Program-made: the position numbers and the translations under genes | The notes under the pieces: model-generated | Seen by the model: only the letters and a program-made list of their open reading frames with translations | Told to the model about the DNA's origin: nothing | Database searches by the model: none | NCBI GenBank assembly: GCA_963555985.3 | Contig: OY820591.1 | Location: 2,336,001 to 2,400,000, forward strand | DNA from: Dehalococcoidia bacterium | GTDB taxonomy: Bacteria; Chloroflexota; Dehalococcoidia; Bin125 | Reading direction: 5' to 3' | DNA: 64,000 nt | Shown: one piece after another, positions 38,017 to 46,758 of the stretch | Layout of the letters: every line of letters begins with the position of its first letter | How positions within the stretch are numbered: the stretch's first letter is position 1

Positions 38017-38139
38017 GTTCGGTGCTGTTCGGGGTCGTTCGATGTTGTTCGGCCCGGTTCGAGGCTGTTCGGCTGTGTTCGAGGCTGTCCTGTTCGGTTC
38101 CGTTCGGATCTGTTCGATTCCGTTCGGATTTATCCGAAC
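38017..38139. repeat. Helically phased array: 11 x GTTCG (CGAAC on the mRNA strand) at a 10-bp period
   Basis: GTTCG at 38017, 38027, 38037, 38047, 38057, 38067, 38077, then (5-bp phase shift) 38092, 38102, 38112, 38122, with variable spacers. Closing hairpin GTTCGGAT-TT-ATCCGAAC spans the DUF1800 stop. Confidence 0.9.
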
Positions 38140-39539
38140 TGGTACTCCGTGGTCGCGACGATTAGCGCGAGCATTTCGCCGACGCGCTCCGAGGAACCGT
38201 CGTAGTCCTCGTTCCAGGAGAGGTCGCCTCCCTCTGAAGCGTGCTCGATCAGTTCGAGCCGGGTGGCCTCGCCCACATCGAGCGGCCCGAACAGGTCGAG
38301 GCACTGGTCGACCATCTCGTCCGGCGTCATGCTGGCCCCGTTCGAGGCGGCGATGCGCTGGCAGATCTTCTGCACGCCGGGGAGGTCGGTATTGCTGACC
38401 CGATCGGCGACGAAGTTGATCCGTCCGACCACGGCGCCGGAGTTGATCCAGTTGGGGCCCGTCGACCAGCCTTCGACCGAAGGCGGGTTGTGCAGGCTCT
38501 GGCCCATGTGCGCCGATTCCTGGCCGAGCTCGATCAGTGCGGGCTGCGGACCGACCATGTCTTCGGTCAGGCGCAGGGTCGAGACGACGGTCTCGACCGG
38601 ACTCTTGACTTTCTTGAAGGTCGCCTCCTTGAAGAAATCGGAGTTGAAGAGCGCTCGCAGGACCGGCTTGATCTCGAAGTTGGAGTCCTTGAACACGCCG
38701 GCGAGATAGTCGATCGCCTCCGGATCTCTGGGTGGCTCGATGTCCCAGGCCGGCACCTGCGGTTCGTCGGCGACGAAGAAGGTGTACAGATGGCGGGCGA
38801 TGAAGCGGGGGCAGGCTTCCTCTTCGAGGATGATGTCGATGATGTCGAGGCCGTCGAAGTTGCCCGTGCGGCCGAGGAACTCCTTCTCGCCGTAGTCGTG
38901 TTCTTCTGGGCGGAACTCGAACTGGAAGAAGAAGCGGTGGTTGGGCACGCGCGGGATCTTCGGGCCCAGGGTCCAGCCGGTGAAGGCGCGGGCGCACTCG
39001 AAGACGTCCTTCTCGGTGTAGTTGCCGACCCCCATCGAGAACAGCTCGAGCAACTCGCGGCCCCAGTTCTCGTTGGGCGAGCGCTTGTGGTTCTCGTGGT
39101 TGTCGAGCCAGTAAATCATGGCCGGGCTCTGGGCCAGCATGATCAGCAGATCGCGATAGTTGGCCGTGCCGTGATCGCGGAACATGTCGATCATCGCGGT
39201 CAGGTGATTGTCGTTGTCGACCTTGGAGTTGCCGACCGCGAAGATGCCGTGCCAGAAGAGGGCCATCTTCTCTTCCAGCGGGCGCTGCGTGTTGACCAGG
39301 TGGTAGAGCCAGTTGGCCGCGCCGGGAACGGTCACTGGACCGCCGGTTTCGAGCGACGGCATGTAGCGGAAGAGCAGGTGCAGGTCGGCGCGCGGGATAT
39401 GCGCCGGCGGATCGACCAACTGCTCAACGGTTTCCTCGTATCCCTGCGCGACGAGCCGTTCCAGCTCATCGCGTCCGGCGCCGAATCCGGCTCGGCGCAT
39501 CAGGTGGGCCATCAGGGCGATCTCTTGCGTGTCCGACAT
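38130..39539 (-). CDS. DUF1800 domain protein
   Basis: AHLMRRAGFG, PLEEKMALFWH, PAMIYWLDN, PNENWGRELLELFSMGVGNYTE.DV.ECARAFTGW, PPSVEGW. Confidence 0.93.
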   Translation of the reverse strand: MSDTQEIALMAHLMRRAGFGAGRDELERLVAQGYEETVEQLVDPPAHIPRADLHLLFRYMPSLETGGPVTVPGAANWLYHLVNTQRPLEEKMALFWHGIFAVGNSKVDNDNHLTAMIDMFRDHGTANYRDLLIMLAQSPAMIYWLDNHENHKRSPNENWGRELLELFSMGVGNYTEKDVFECARAFTGWTLGPKIPRVPNHRFFFQFEFRPEEHDYGEKEFLGRTGNFDGLDIIDIILEEEACPRFIARHLYTFFVADEPQVPAWDIEPPRDPEAIDYLAGVFKDSNFEIKPVLRALFNSDFFKEATFKKVKSPVETVVSTLRLTEDMVGPQPALIELGQESAHMGQSLHNPPSVEGWSTGPNWINSGAVVGRINFVADRVSNTDLPGVQKICQRIAASNGASMTPDEMVDQCLDLFGPLDVGEATRLELIEHASEGGDLSWNEDYDGSSERVGEMLALIVATTEYQFG

Positions 39540-39641
39540 TCCGTTCCTCAAATTCCGTACCCGTGGGCGCCGCCGCTCCGAGCGCGGCGCCTGGTAACAC
39601 AAGCTACACGTTTTGCCAAGCGATTGTCGAACGGATCGCGG

Positions 39642-40496
39642 TTAGCGCCCGGACAACTCGCGCCCTCGCTCCAGCGCCGCCGACTGCCGGACCGGGCCGG
39701 GCATGAGGAATGAGAATCCTTCAGCGATTCGCTGCTCCACGTTGGCCAGGTCAACCTGCGGCGAGCCGTAAGGCACGCCACGCTCCCGGCAGACGGCGCG
39801 AGCTCGCTGGACGGCTTCGTCGAGCAGCGGGCCGGGTTGGCCTCTCTGACCGAGGGAGACGGAGAGATCGCTTTCGCTGATCAGGATCAGACCCGGTTTG
39901 GGCACGGCGTCGAGAATGGCGGGCAGATTGTTCACGCCCTCGATCGTCTCGCATTGCAGTATGGGCAGGATTTCGCCGTTGGGATCGAGCGGCCAGACAT
40001 CGGCGCGGTCGAAGTATTCCGGCTGATCCAGTCCCCAGTAGCGCAGCGCATTGCCGGGCGCGTGACCGCGCCGCCCGATCGGCTCCTGATCGGGAGCATC
40101 CGTCGCCTGGATGTAGCGGGCGGCCTGCAACGCTGCGATCGCGTCAGCGGGCGTGTTGATCATGGGGAAGACGATCCCGTAGACGCCGATGTCGAGCACT
40201 TGCTTGACGATCCATTGGCTTTGTTCGCGCCCGTTGACGGGAATGCGTACAAACGGCGTCACGGCGGGCGCCAAGGATCCCGATTCGAGGATTTGGCGGC
40301 GGTTGAGCATGTATTGCAGGGAGAGGCTGAGGTCGCTGAGGTTGAAGGCGTTGTGTTCGAGCTCGTAGACGACGAAGTCATAGCTGGAGGAGGCGATCCA
40401 GGTCGCGTCGGGAATGGATCCGGCGGGCAGGAACGGCCCGAAGGCGGGCTTACCAGCCTCGATCAGCTCAATCACTTTGTTCAGTCGTTCAGCCAT
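39642..40496 (-). CDS. HpcH/HpaI aldolase family protein
   Basis: YDFVVYELEH, PFVRIP, KQVLDIGVYGIVFP, LQCET.EGV.NL..IL, SDLSVSLG. Confidence 0.9.
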   Translation of the reverse strand: MAERLNKVIELIEAGKPAFGPFLPAGSIPDATWIASSSYDFVVYELEHNAFNLSDLSLSLQYMLNRRQILESGSLAPAVTPFVRIPVNGREQSQWIVKQVLDIGVYGIVFPMINTPADAIAALQAARYIQATDAPDQEPIGRRGHAPGNALRYWGLDQPEYFDRADVWPLDPNGEILPILQCETIEGVNNLPAILDAVPKPGLILISESDLSVSLGQRGQPGPLLDEAVQRARAVCRERGVPYGSPQVDLANVEQRIAEGFSFLMPGPVRQSAALERGRELSGR

Positions 40497-40602
40497 GACG
40501 CGATCTCCACTCATCTATTCGTCTGAGGGTCGTAGAGCGTGAAGGTATCAGCGACTTCGAGTTTCGTGATCTAGCCTGCACTCCGAGTACAGGAGACGAA
40601 CC

Positions 40603-41370
40603 ATGCACAGCGAACTCATCATCGAAGACGGACCCGTAACCCGTCTCACGATCAACCGCCCCGAGCGGCACAACGCGATCAACACGGAAGTCGGCGACGC
40701 GATGGTCGACGTGGTCAACCGCGTCGGGCGCGACCCGTCCGTGCAGGTGCTGGTCCTGGCCGGCCAGGGCCGCTCGTTCTGCTCCGGCGACGACGTGAGC
40801 GAGGGCGGCGACGGCAGCATTCCCGACTATCCCTGGAAGAACCCCTATCACGCGCCGCATATCGCGGCGTTCAACCTCGAACGCCACCCGTACTTCCGTC
40901 TGCAATCGCTGCTGCGGCGGATTCCGCAGATGGTGATTGCGCAGGTGCAGGGCTATTGCATGGGCTCCGGTTTCGATCTGATGCTGGCGTCGGACTACGC
41001 GATTGCGGATCCGGACGCGAAGCTCAGGATGGTGATCGGCGCGACCGCGTTCCTGCCGAAGTACGTCGGGCTCAAGCACGCGACGCGGTTGATCATGGAT
41101 GATCAGTTCATTTCCGCCGACGAAGCGGCTGAGTTGGGTCTCGTCACGAAGGTCGCCGCGCCCGGCTCGCTTGCCGACGAAGTGACCGAGCTCGCGGAGC
41201 GGCTCGCGCAGATCGGGCAGGAGCGTCACGGTTATCTCGGCGTGATCAAAGAGTCGATCAACCGCTCGCTCTGGCCGCAGCTCGACGACGACCTGCGAAT
41301 GCAGTTGATCGGTCATCGCATGAGCGATCTCTATCGACAGCACCCATACGAACTTGACGTGGACTCATGA
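40603..41370 (+). CDS. Enoyl-CoA hydratase/isomerase family protein (divergent)
   Basis: TINRPERHNAI, GRSFCSGDD, IAQVQGYCMGSG; canonical catalytic Glu residues not evident. Confidence 0.88.
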   Translation: MHSELIIEDGPVTRLTINRPERHNAINTEVGDAMVDVVNRVGRDPSVQVLVLAGQGRSFCSGDDVSEGGDGSIPDYPWKNPYHAPHIAAFNLERHPYFRLQSLLRRIPQMVIAQVQGYCMGSGFDLMLASDYAIADPDAKLRMVIGATAFLPKYVGLKHATRLIMDDQFISADEAAELGLVTKVAAPGSLADEVTELAERLAQIGQERHGYLGVIKESINRSLWPQLDDDLRMQLIGHRMSDLYRQHPYELDVDS

Positions 41371-43910
41371 CGCTCTCTGATCTTCCGCTTACCGGTTCGG
41401 TCGTCATCGACCTGAGCGACGAGTGCCTTTGCCTGGGCGCACGCTGGCTCGCCGACTTTGGCGCGGATGTGATCCGGGTCGAGGCGTCGTCGGGCGACGC
41501 GCTGCGAATCAACGGGCCGCATCTGGACGGCCGAGAGGATGTCGAGAGCGGGCTGCGGCATCTGCTTTACAACGCGGGCAAGCGCAGCCTCGCGCTGAAC
41601 TTCGATGCGCCGGGCGCCTGGGATTTGATCGATCGGTTGCTCAGCCGGGCGGATGTCGTGTTTGCACCGCTCGAGAAGTCGGCGGCGCGGCGGTTCTTCG
41701 ATCGCGAGCGATTGTTGCGAGTGCATCCTCATCTCGGCGTGATCGACGTAGTCACCCGACGCGGTGGTGAGGCATTGCCTGCGTCCGACATCGTAGGTGT
41801 CGCAGCCGGCGGTCTCATGCAAGGCCTGGGATTCCCCGACGTCGCCCCCGACTATCCGGCAGGCAAGCTGGCCTACAAGCAGGCCAGCCAGGTGGGAGCA
41901 GCGACCGCCGTCGCAATGCTGTTCGATCGCCAGGCTGGCACCCGTGCCAGTCACGCTTACATCTCGCTCCAAGAAGCGATCCTCTCGACCACGATCCACT
42001 TCGCTAACGAGAACCTGTGGCGTCAGATGGGCGAGAAGGCGTTTCGTCCTGGCGGTGAGATCTCGTCTCTCGTGCAGGCCAAGGACGGCGAATGGCTGAC
42101 ATTTGGGATCACGCCCAACACGCACGATCGCTGGGCGGCGTTTGGGCAGTGGCTCTATGAGCGATCTGGATACGACGGTCTGATCGGGGCGGAGTATCCG
42201 GGCGATATCTACATCCCGGAGTGGGGCGGCGAGACGCATCGGGCGTTCCAACAAGCCTGTGCGTCGCTGGACAGAGAAGAACTGTGTTACGAGGGTCAGT
42301 CGCGGGGGTTCCTGGCGGTGCCGGTCAACTCGGCGCGGGACATTGTTGAGGATCCGCATCTGCATGAGCGGGGCGCGTTCCTGGCGGTGGAGCATCCGCA
42401 GTTTGAGCGGAGCATTGATTTGCCGCGTCTGCCGATTCACTCGACGGAGTATGAGCCGGTCGGCCGGCCGGCGCCGGCCCTCGGTGCGGATTCGGCGGAT
42501 GTGTTGGCTGAACTCCTACACATCGATGCCGAGGGGTATGGTCGTCTACTCGCGAACGGTCTGGTCGCAGGGCCACCCGTCCCCGCCTCCGAGCGGGGAC
42601 CCGTTCCCCCTCCGCGCGAGGTACCTCAGCAGATAGCGAGCGAGGCGTCGAACGGGTCCCCGATTGAATCGGGGACGGGAACCTCGGGACAGCGCGACGC
42701 CATCGACCGAGACGACTTACCGCTCAAGGGCATCCGCGTGATTGATTTCTGCTGGCAGGCGGCGGGGCCGTTGACCACGGAGTTGATGGCCAATCTGGGC
42801 GCGGATGTGATCAAGATCGAGTCGGACGCTCGGATCGACACGCTGCGGGTGGCGCTGCCGGCGCATGATCCGCCGACGATTGAGACCGGCGCGTTCTTCC
42901 AGGACTGCAACACCGACAAGCGCAGCATCAACCTGAATCTTGGAGCTCCCGACGGGTTGCGCGTGGCCTACGACCTGATCCGCGAGGCGGATGTGGTGAC
43001 CGACAACTTCACCGGCGGCGTGATGAAGCGACTCGGTTTGGGCTACGACGACCTGAAACAGATCAACCCGCGCATCGTCGTTTGCAGCTTGCCGGTGATG
43101 GGTACCTGGGGTCCGAAGGCGTCGTGGAAGGGGATTGGTAACAGCGTGGTCGCGCTCTGCGGGTTGGCGGCCCACACCGGCGCGGCCGATCGCAAGCCGA
43201 CCGGCGTGCTGCTGCATACGGACTTCACGCTCGGACCGTTGGCGGCGGCGGCGATCGTCTCCGCGCTGATCCAACGCGAGCGCACCGGCGTTGGCCAGGA
43301 GATTGAGATTCCGCAGTATGAGGCGGGGATTCATCTGCTCGACACCGAGCTCATCGAGCAATTGGCAAATGGCGTCACACCGAAGCGGCGCGGCAACCGC
43401 TCGCCGGAGATGGCGCCGCACGGTCTCTTCCGCTGCGCCGGCGACGATCGCTGGCTCGCGCTGGCCGTCCGCAACACGGTCGATTGGCTCGAGCTGTGCC
43501 GGGTGATCGGTCGTGACGATCTGGCTGCGCGCGACGATCTACGCACACTGGAGGGTCGCAAGACGGCAGAAGACGAGCTCGAGGCGGCGATCAGCGCTTG
43601 GACGTGTGGTCAGGATGTCTGGGAGGCAACCGACTTACTGCAACAGGCAGGCATCCCGGCGGGGCCGAACGAGGACATTGAGGATCTGGTCGAAACCGAT
43701 CTCTCGATACGCGGGTTCTTCCACGAGTTCGATCATCCGGTAGGGATCAAGTTCATGGCGCAGAACCAACCGTTCCTCTGGAACGGCAAACGGCTCCCGA
43801 TCCGGCGAGCGCCCTTCTTCGGCGAGCACAACGAGCAGGTCTACCGCAACGAGTTGGGCTTGAGTGAGGAAGAAGTCACGCAACTAATCATCAATGAAGT
43901 GATCCGCTAG
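41367..43910 (+). CDS. Family III CoA-transferase, fused tandem CaiB/BaiF domains
   Basis: Two domains (LADFGADVIRVE..NAGKRS; ANLGADVIKIE..NTDKRS). Catalytic-type Asp (HTDF) only in the second. Confidence 0.93.
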   Translation: MTLSDLPLTGSVVIDLSDECLCLGARWLADFGADVIRVEASSGDALRINGPHLDGREDVESGLRHLLYNAGKRSLALNFDAPGAWDLIDRLLSRADVVFAPLEKSAARRFFDRERLLRVHPHLGVIDVVTRRGGEALPASDIVGVAAGGLMQGLGFPDVAPDYPAGKLAYKQASQVGAATAVAMLFDRQAGTRASHAYISLQEAILSTTIHFANENLWRQMGEKAFRPGGEISSLVQAKDGEWLTFGITPNTHDRWAAFGQWLYERSGYDGLIGAEYPGDIYIPEWGGETHRAFQQACASLDREELCYEGQSRGFLAVPVNSARDIVEDPHLHERGAFLAVEHPQFERSIDLPRLPIHSTEYEPVGRPAPALGADSADVLAELLHIDAEGYGRLLANGLVAGPPVPASERGPVPPPREVPQQIASEASNGSPIESGTGTSGQRDAIDRDDLPLKGIRVIDFCWQAAGPLTTELMANLGADVIKIESDARIDTLRVALPAHDPPTIETGAFFQDCNTDKRSINLNLGAPDGLRVAYDLIREADVVTDNFTGGVMKRLGLGYDDLKQINPRIVVCSLPVMGTWGPKASWKGIGNSVVALCGLAAHTGAADRKPTGVLLHTDFTLGPLAAAAIVSALIQRERTGVGQEIEIPQYEAGIHLLDTELIEQLANGVTPKRRGNRSPEMAPHGLFRCAGDDRWLALAVRNTVDWLELCRVIGRDDLAARDDLRTLEGRKTAEDELEAAISAWTCGQDVWEATDLLQQAGIPAGPNEDIEDLVETDLSIRGFFHEFDHPVGIKFMAQNQPFLWNGKRLPIRRAPFFGEHNEQVYRNELGLSEEEVTQLIINEVIR
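42576..42679. repeat. CGTC-tagged palindromic dimer inside the CoA-transferase interdomain linker
   Basis: CCCGTCCCCGCCTCCGAGCGGGGACCCGTTC ... GAACGGGTCCCCGATTGAATCGGGGACGGG: two hairpins with inverted termini. Confidence 0.8.
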
Positions 43911-43978
43911 CGCGCCTTCAAATTGACGGTCGCCAGGCCAATCTTTGATCGTCACTCTCGCCATTGTCGCACCGACAC

Positions 43979-44075
43979 CGTCATACCCGCGCTTGCCGCG
44001 GGTATGACGGTGAGTCGAGCACGGAGGTCGTCGCCAACACTGCGAGATTGCCGCGACGGAGCGCGGCAATGACGG
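43979..44075 (+). repeat. CGTC-tagged palindromic composite element
   Basis: CGTCATACCCGCGCTTGCCGCGGGTATGACG ... GCGAGATTGCCGCGACGGAGCGCGGCAATGACGG; homologous to 4472-4564. Confidence 0.85.
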
Positions 44076-44137
44076 AACTATCGACTCGCGCGCAAGTCTC
44101 CAGAGAGGGAAGTGGGTATACCCGCAGCTCCCTTGAG

Positions 44138-45253
44138 CTACGGATTGAAGAGACCTTCCGCCTCAGCGTCGTTGCCGATCTCCCGAATCAGGCCCAGAAA
44201 GTCGGCCAGAGAACCAGCCCGATCGCGCAGCGCAAACAGCCGCTCGCCCCAGGGCGTGGTTGAGGCGGGATTCGCGCCGTAGGCGCCGCTAAACGCAAAA
44301 TAGGCCTGGTTGATACGGCGAATGTTCCTGCCCATCTCTACCAGCCGGAGGCGTGTTTCCTCCATCAGCGCCTCAGCCGCTGCGATCTCTCCCTGCTCGA
44401 GCAACGCATCCACTTCGAGTCTCAGTGTCCGCAGGATCGGATCGGTCGCGGAGCGAATGGCCTCCCGCGCGGCTGCCTCCGCGCGCGCCGCTGCGGACAG
44501 CGGCTGCGGATATCGCGCAGTCGTGAGTTCAGCCAGTTCGTCGCCCACGATGTCGCTCGCCGTTTCGTTGATCGTGCGCATCGTGCCGCTCCGCGCGTAG
44601 GCCTGTCCGAGCGGATAGAAGGCGAGATAATGGTGCGACCATTCATGCGCGATCAGTTGCAGCGCAGACCGATAGTCCCGTGTGCTCACGACCAGCGCTG
44701 GATACAAGGCGACCCCGCCCACAGTTGTCACCAGCGCCGAGCGTTGGCGATCAGCTTCGATCGCCGACTCGATCGCCGCGAAATCGCCGCGCGGAAGTTC
44801 GGCTTCGAGTAGCACGGACGCCGTCAACCGAATTTCCTCGCGGGGCGAGACCGCGAGTACCCGCAAGGGAGGCTTGAACTCAATGTCGACCGGAGGCCAG
44901 ACGACGTGCTGATGCTTGAACAGCGGCAGCGGCGTCGCAAGCCCGGCGGCGCGAATCGCTTCGCTCAGACGCCGTTCGAGGATGCGCTCGACGCGATTGG
45001 CGTCGTTGGCCGGCCGCGACTCGAACCAGCGCGCCAGGATCGCCTCTTCGTCTTCTTCGCTCCCGTCAAACCACTCTGCAACCTGCGTCAACCAGTGATT
45101 GGGCAGGTGCGAGAGCTCGTATTCGAGCAAGCTGAAGCGGTGTTCACGTGTCGCGTCCGCGATCGACGTATTGGCCGCGACCCGGATCGTGACGACCGCG
45201 ATCACGGCGGCGCTGAGCGCAACCAGCGCCCCGGCGGTGAGCGTGCGCCTCAT
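44138..45253 (-). CDS. Secreted or membrane-anchored HExxH zinc metalloprotease-like hypothetical protein
   Basis: N-terminal hydrophobic helix; IAHEWSHHYL followed by INETAS (third-ligand Glu), IRRINQAYFAF.G.Y. Confidence 0.75.
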   Translation of the reverse strand: MRRTLTAGALVALSAAVIAVVTIRVAANTSIADATREHRFSLLEYELSHLPNHWLTQVAEWFDGSEEDEEAILARWFESRPANDANRVERILERRLSEAIRAAGLATPLPLFKHQHVVWPPVDIEFKPPLRVLAVSPREEIRLTASVLLEAELPRGDFAAIESAIEADRQRSALVTTVGGVALYPALVVSTRDYRSALQLIAHEWSHHYLAFYPLGQAYARSGTMRTINETASDIVGDELAELTTARYPQPLSAAARAEAAAREAIRSATDPILRTLRLEVDALLEQGEIAAAEALMEETRLRLVEMGRNIRRINQAYFAFSGAYGANPASTTPWGERLFALRDRAGSLADFLGLIREIGNDAEAEGLFNP

Positions 45254-45302
45254 CGTTCGATGGTACGCTCGTGGCCGGATGGCGGTGCGACGAGGCGGCG
45301 CG

Positions 45303-45728
45303 ATGGCGGACACGGACTGGCGACCCGCCCGGCGTGAAGCGAAGGCGGTCGCAGGCGCGATTGATCTAGTCGTCGTGGCGCTGCTCGGAGCAGTCTTCGC
45401 CATGCTGGGCTTCCTGATCATGCTGATTCAGGTCAATCCGCTGGAGCGCGACCCCACCGGCGGTGAGTGGGCGCTGGGCTATGCGATCTGGCTGCTCTGG
45501 ATCCCGGCCGCGGCGATCTATGCCGCGCTCGGAGACTGGACGCTCGGCGCGCGCATGATCGGTCTGCGCCTAGAGCGGCGACGCTGGGACGCGCTCGCTC
45601 TGCGCGGACTGCTCTGGTGGCCGTCCCTGATTGCACTCGGCGTGGGCCTGTGGTGGAGCTGGGTCGACCGCGAGGGACGCAGCCCGGCGGATATCGTCAG
45701 CGGCGCGGGGATGCTCGAGCGGCGGTGA
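45303..45728 (+). CDS. RDD family membrane protein
   Basis: R...A.AID, TLGARMIGLR, D.EGRSPADIVSG. Confidence 0.75.
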   Translation: MADTDWRPARREAKAVAGAIDLVVVALLGAVFAMLGFLIMLIQVNPLERDPTGGEWALGYAIWLLWIPAAAIYAALGDWTLGARMIGLRLERRRWDALALRGLLWWPSLIALGVGLWWSWVDREGRSPADIVSGAGMLERR

Positions 45729-46576
45729 GTACCCTCCAGCTGCCGCCGCAGCCCGCGCGCCGCTTGACGGCGCGATCACGGGAGACCGTACGCGAGCGGC
45801 GTTGGCGCTGGTGGCTGCTCGGCCTGCTTGCCGCCCTCACCGCCGTCGTAACCGCAGCGGCAGTGGTCTGTTTCTCCGCGATGCAGCTCAGCGAACGCGG
45901 CAACGCTGAGACGCTCATGACCCGAGTCGTGCGTGCCCTGCTGGAGCCGGACCGCTACGTCGCCAATGCATGGCCACGCTTCACGGAAGAGGCGAGCAGC
46001 GGCGCGCCGATCCCGCTGAGCGGCTGGCCGCTCGAACTCACGCTCGCGCCGGGGGCGCTGGAGCAAGGGCAGCAGGCTGTCTCGGATGCCCTCACCGCGA
46101 CAACTGCTCGCACGCTCTATGAGCACGGCTTCGACGCCCTCCAAGATCAACCCCAGGCGAGTCGCCTGTTCTCGCAGGCATCCGCCTTCAGTTCCACCGT
46201 TGGCCGGCTGACCAGCGGCGGACACGCCGTTGCGACCGTTGCGCTAGTGGTGTCCGTTGCTCTCTTGGTCGGGCTCGCCCTCGCCACCGCCGCGCAGGCG
46301 CGCGGAATGGGGCGGCTCGCCGCGCCGGGCATCGCCGTCGCTGTAGGCGCAGCGGTGTTGTTGCTCGGAGCGGAGATCGCAGAATCGGCTTTCGGAGATC
46401 GCGCGAACGCAAGTCTCGATCCGTTTATGACCGACATGTGGATGATCGCTGCCGACGCGACCGCCGTCGTCAGCCGCAACGCGCGGATTGCCGCTCTCTT
46501 CGGCGGCGCGCTCAGCCTGATTGCCCTCTTCGGCTGGATGGCGTTGCTCTGGCTTGACGACCGGCGCGCACGTTGA
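45725..46576 (+). CDS. Hypothetical membrane protein (about 4 TM)
   Basis: GTGA-coupled to the RDD gene; one N-terminal TM, an extracytoplasmic region and three C-terminal TMs. Confidence 0.7.
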   Translation: MSTLQLPPQPARRLTARSRETVRERRWRWWLLGLLAALTAVVTAAAVVCFSAMQLSERGNAETLMTRVVRALLEPDRYVANAWPRFTEEASSGAPIPLSGWPLELTLAPGALEQGQQAVSDALTATTARTLYEHGFDALQDQPQASRLFSQASAFSSTVGRLTSGGHAVATVALVVSVALLVGLALATAAQARGMGRLAAPGIAVAVGAAVLLLGAEIAESAFGDRANASLDPFMTDMWMIAADATAVVSRNARIAALFGGALSLIALFGWMALLWLDDRRAR

Positions 46577-46641
46577 GCCGTGTCCGCTCCGCAACTCTCC
46601 CGCGAGCGGGACTGCCTGTGTACGATGCAGAGAGCATGAGT

Positions 46642-46716
46642 GCGGGAGTAGCTCAGTGGTAGAGCATCTGCTTCCCAAGCAGAGGGTCGCGGGTTCGAAT
46701 CCCGTCTCCCGCTCCA
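46642..46716 (+). tRNA. tRNA-Gly(CCC)
   Basis: GCGGGAG acceptor stem, AGCTCAGTGGTAGAGC D-arm, TCTGC-TTCCCAA-GCAGA anticodon arm, GGTTCGAATCC T-arm, 3' CCA. Confidence 0.97.
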
Positions 46717-46758
46717 GCACGTGAGCTGTCGAACAGACTGAATCAGTGAGGTAGACCG

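Noticed and set aside
38017-38126. CRISPR array
   Set aside because: The repeat is only 5 bp with 5-bp spacers, and no cas genes are in the window.
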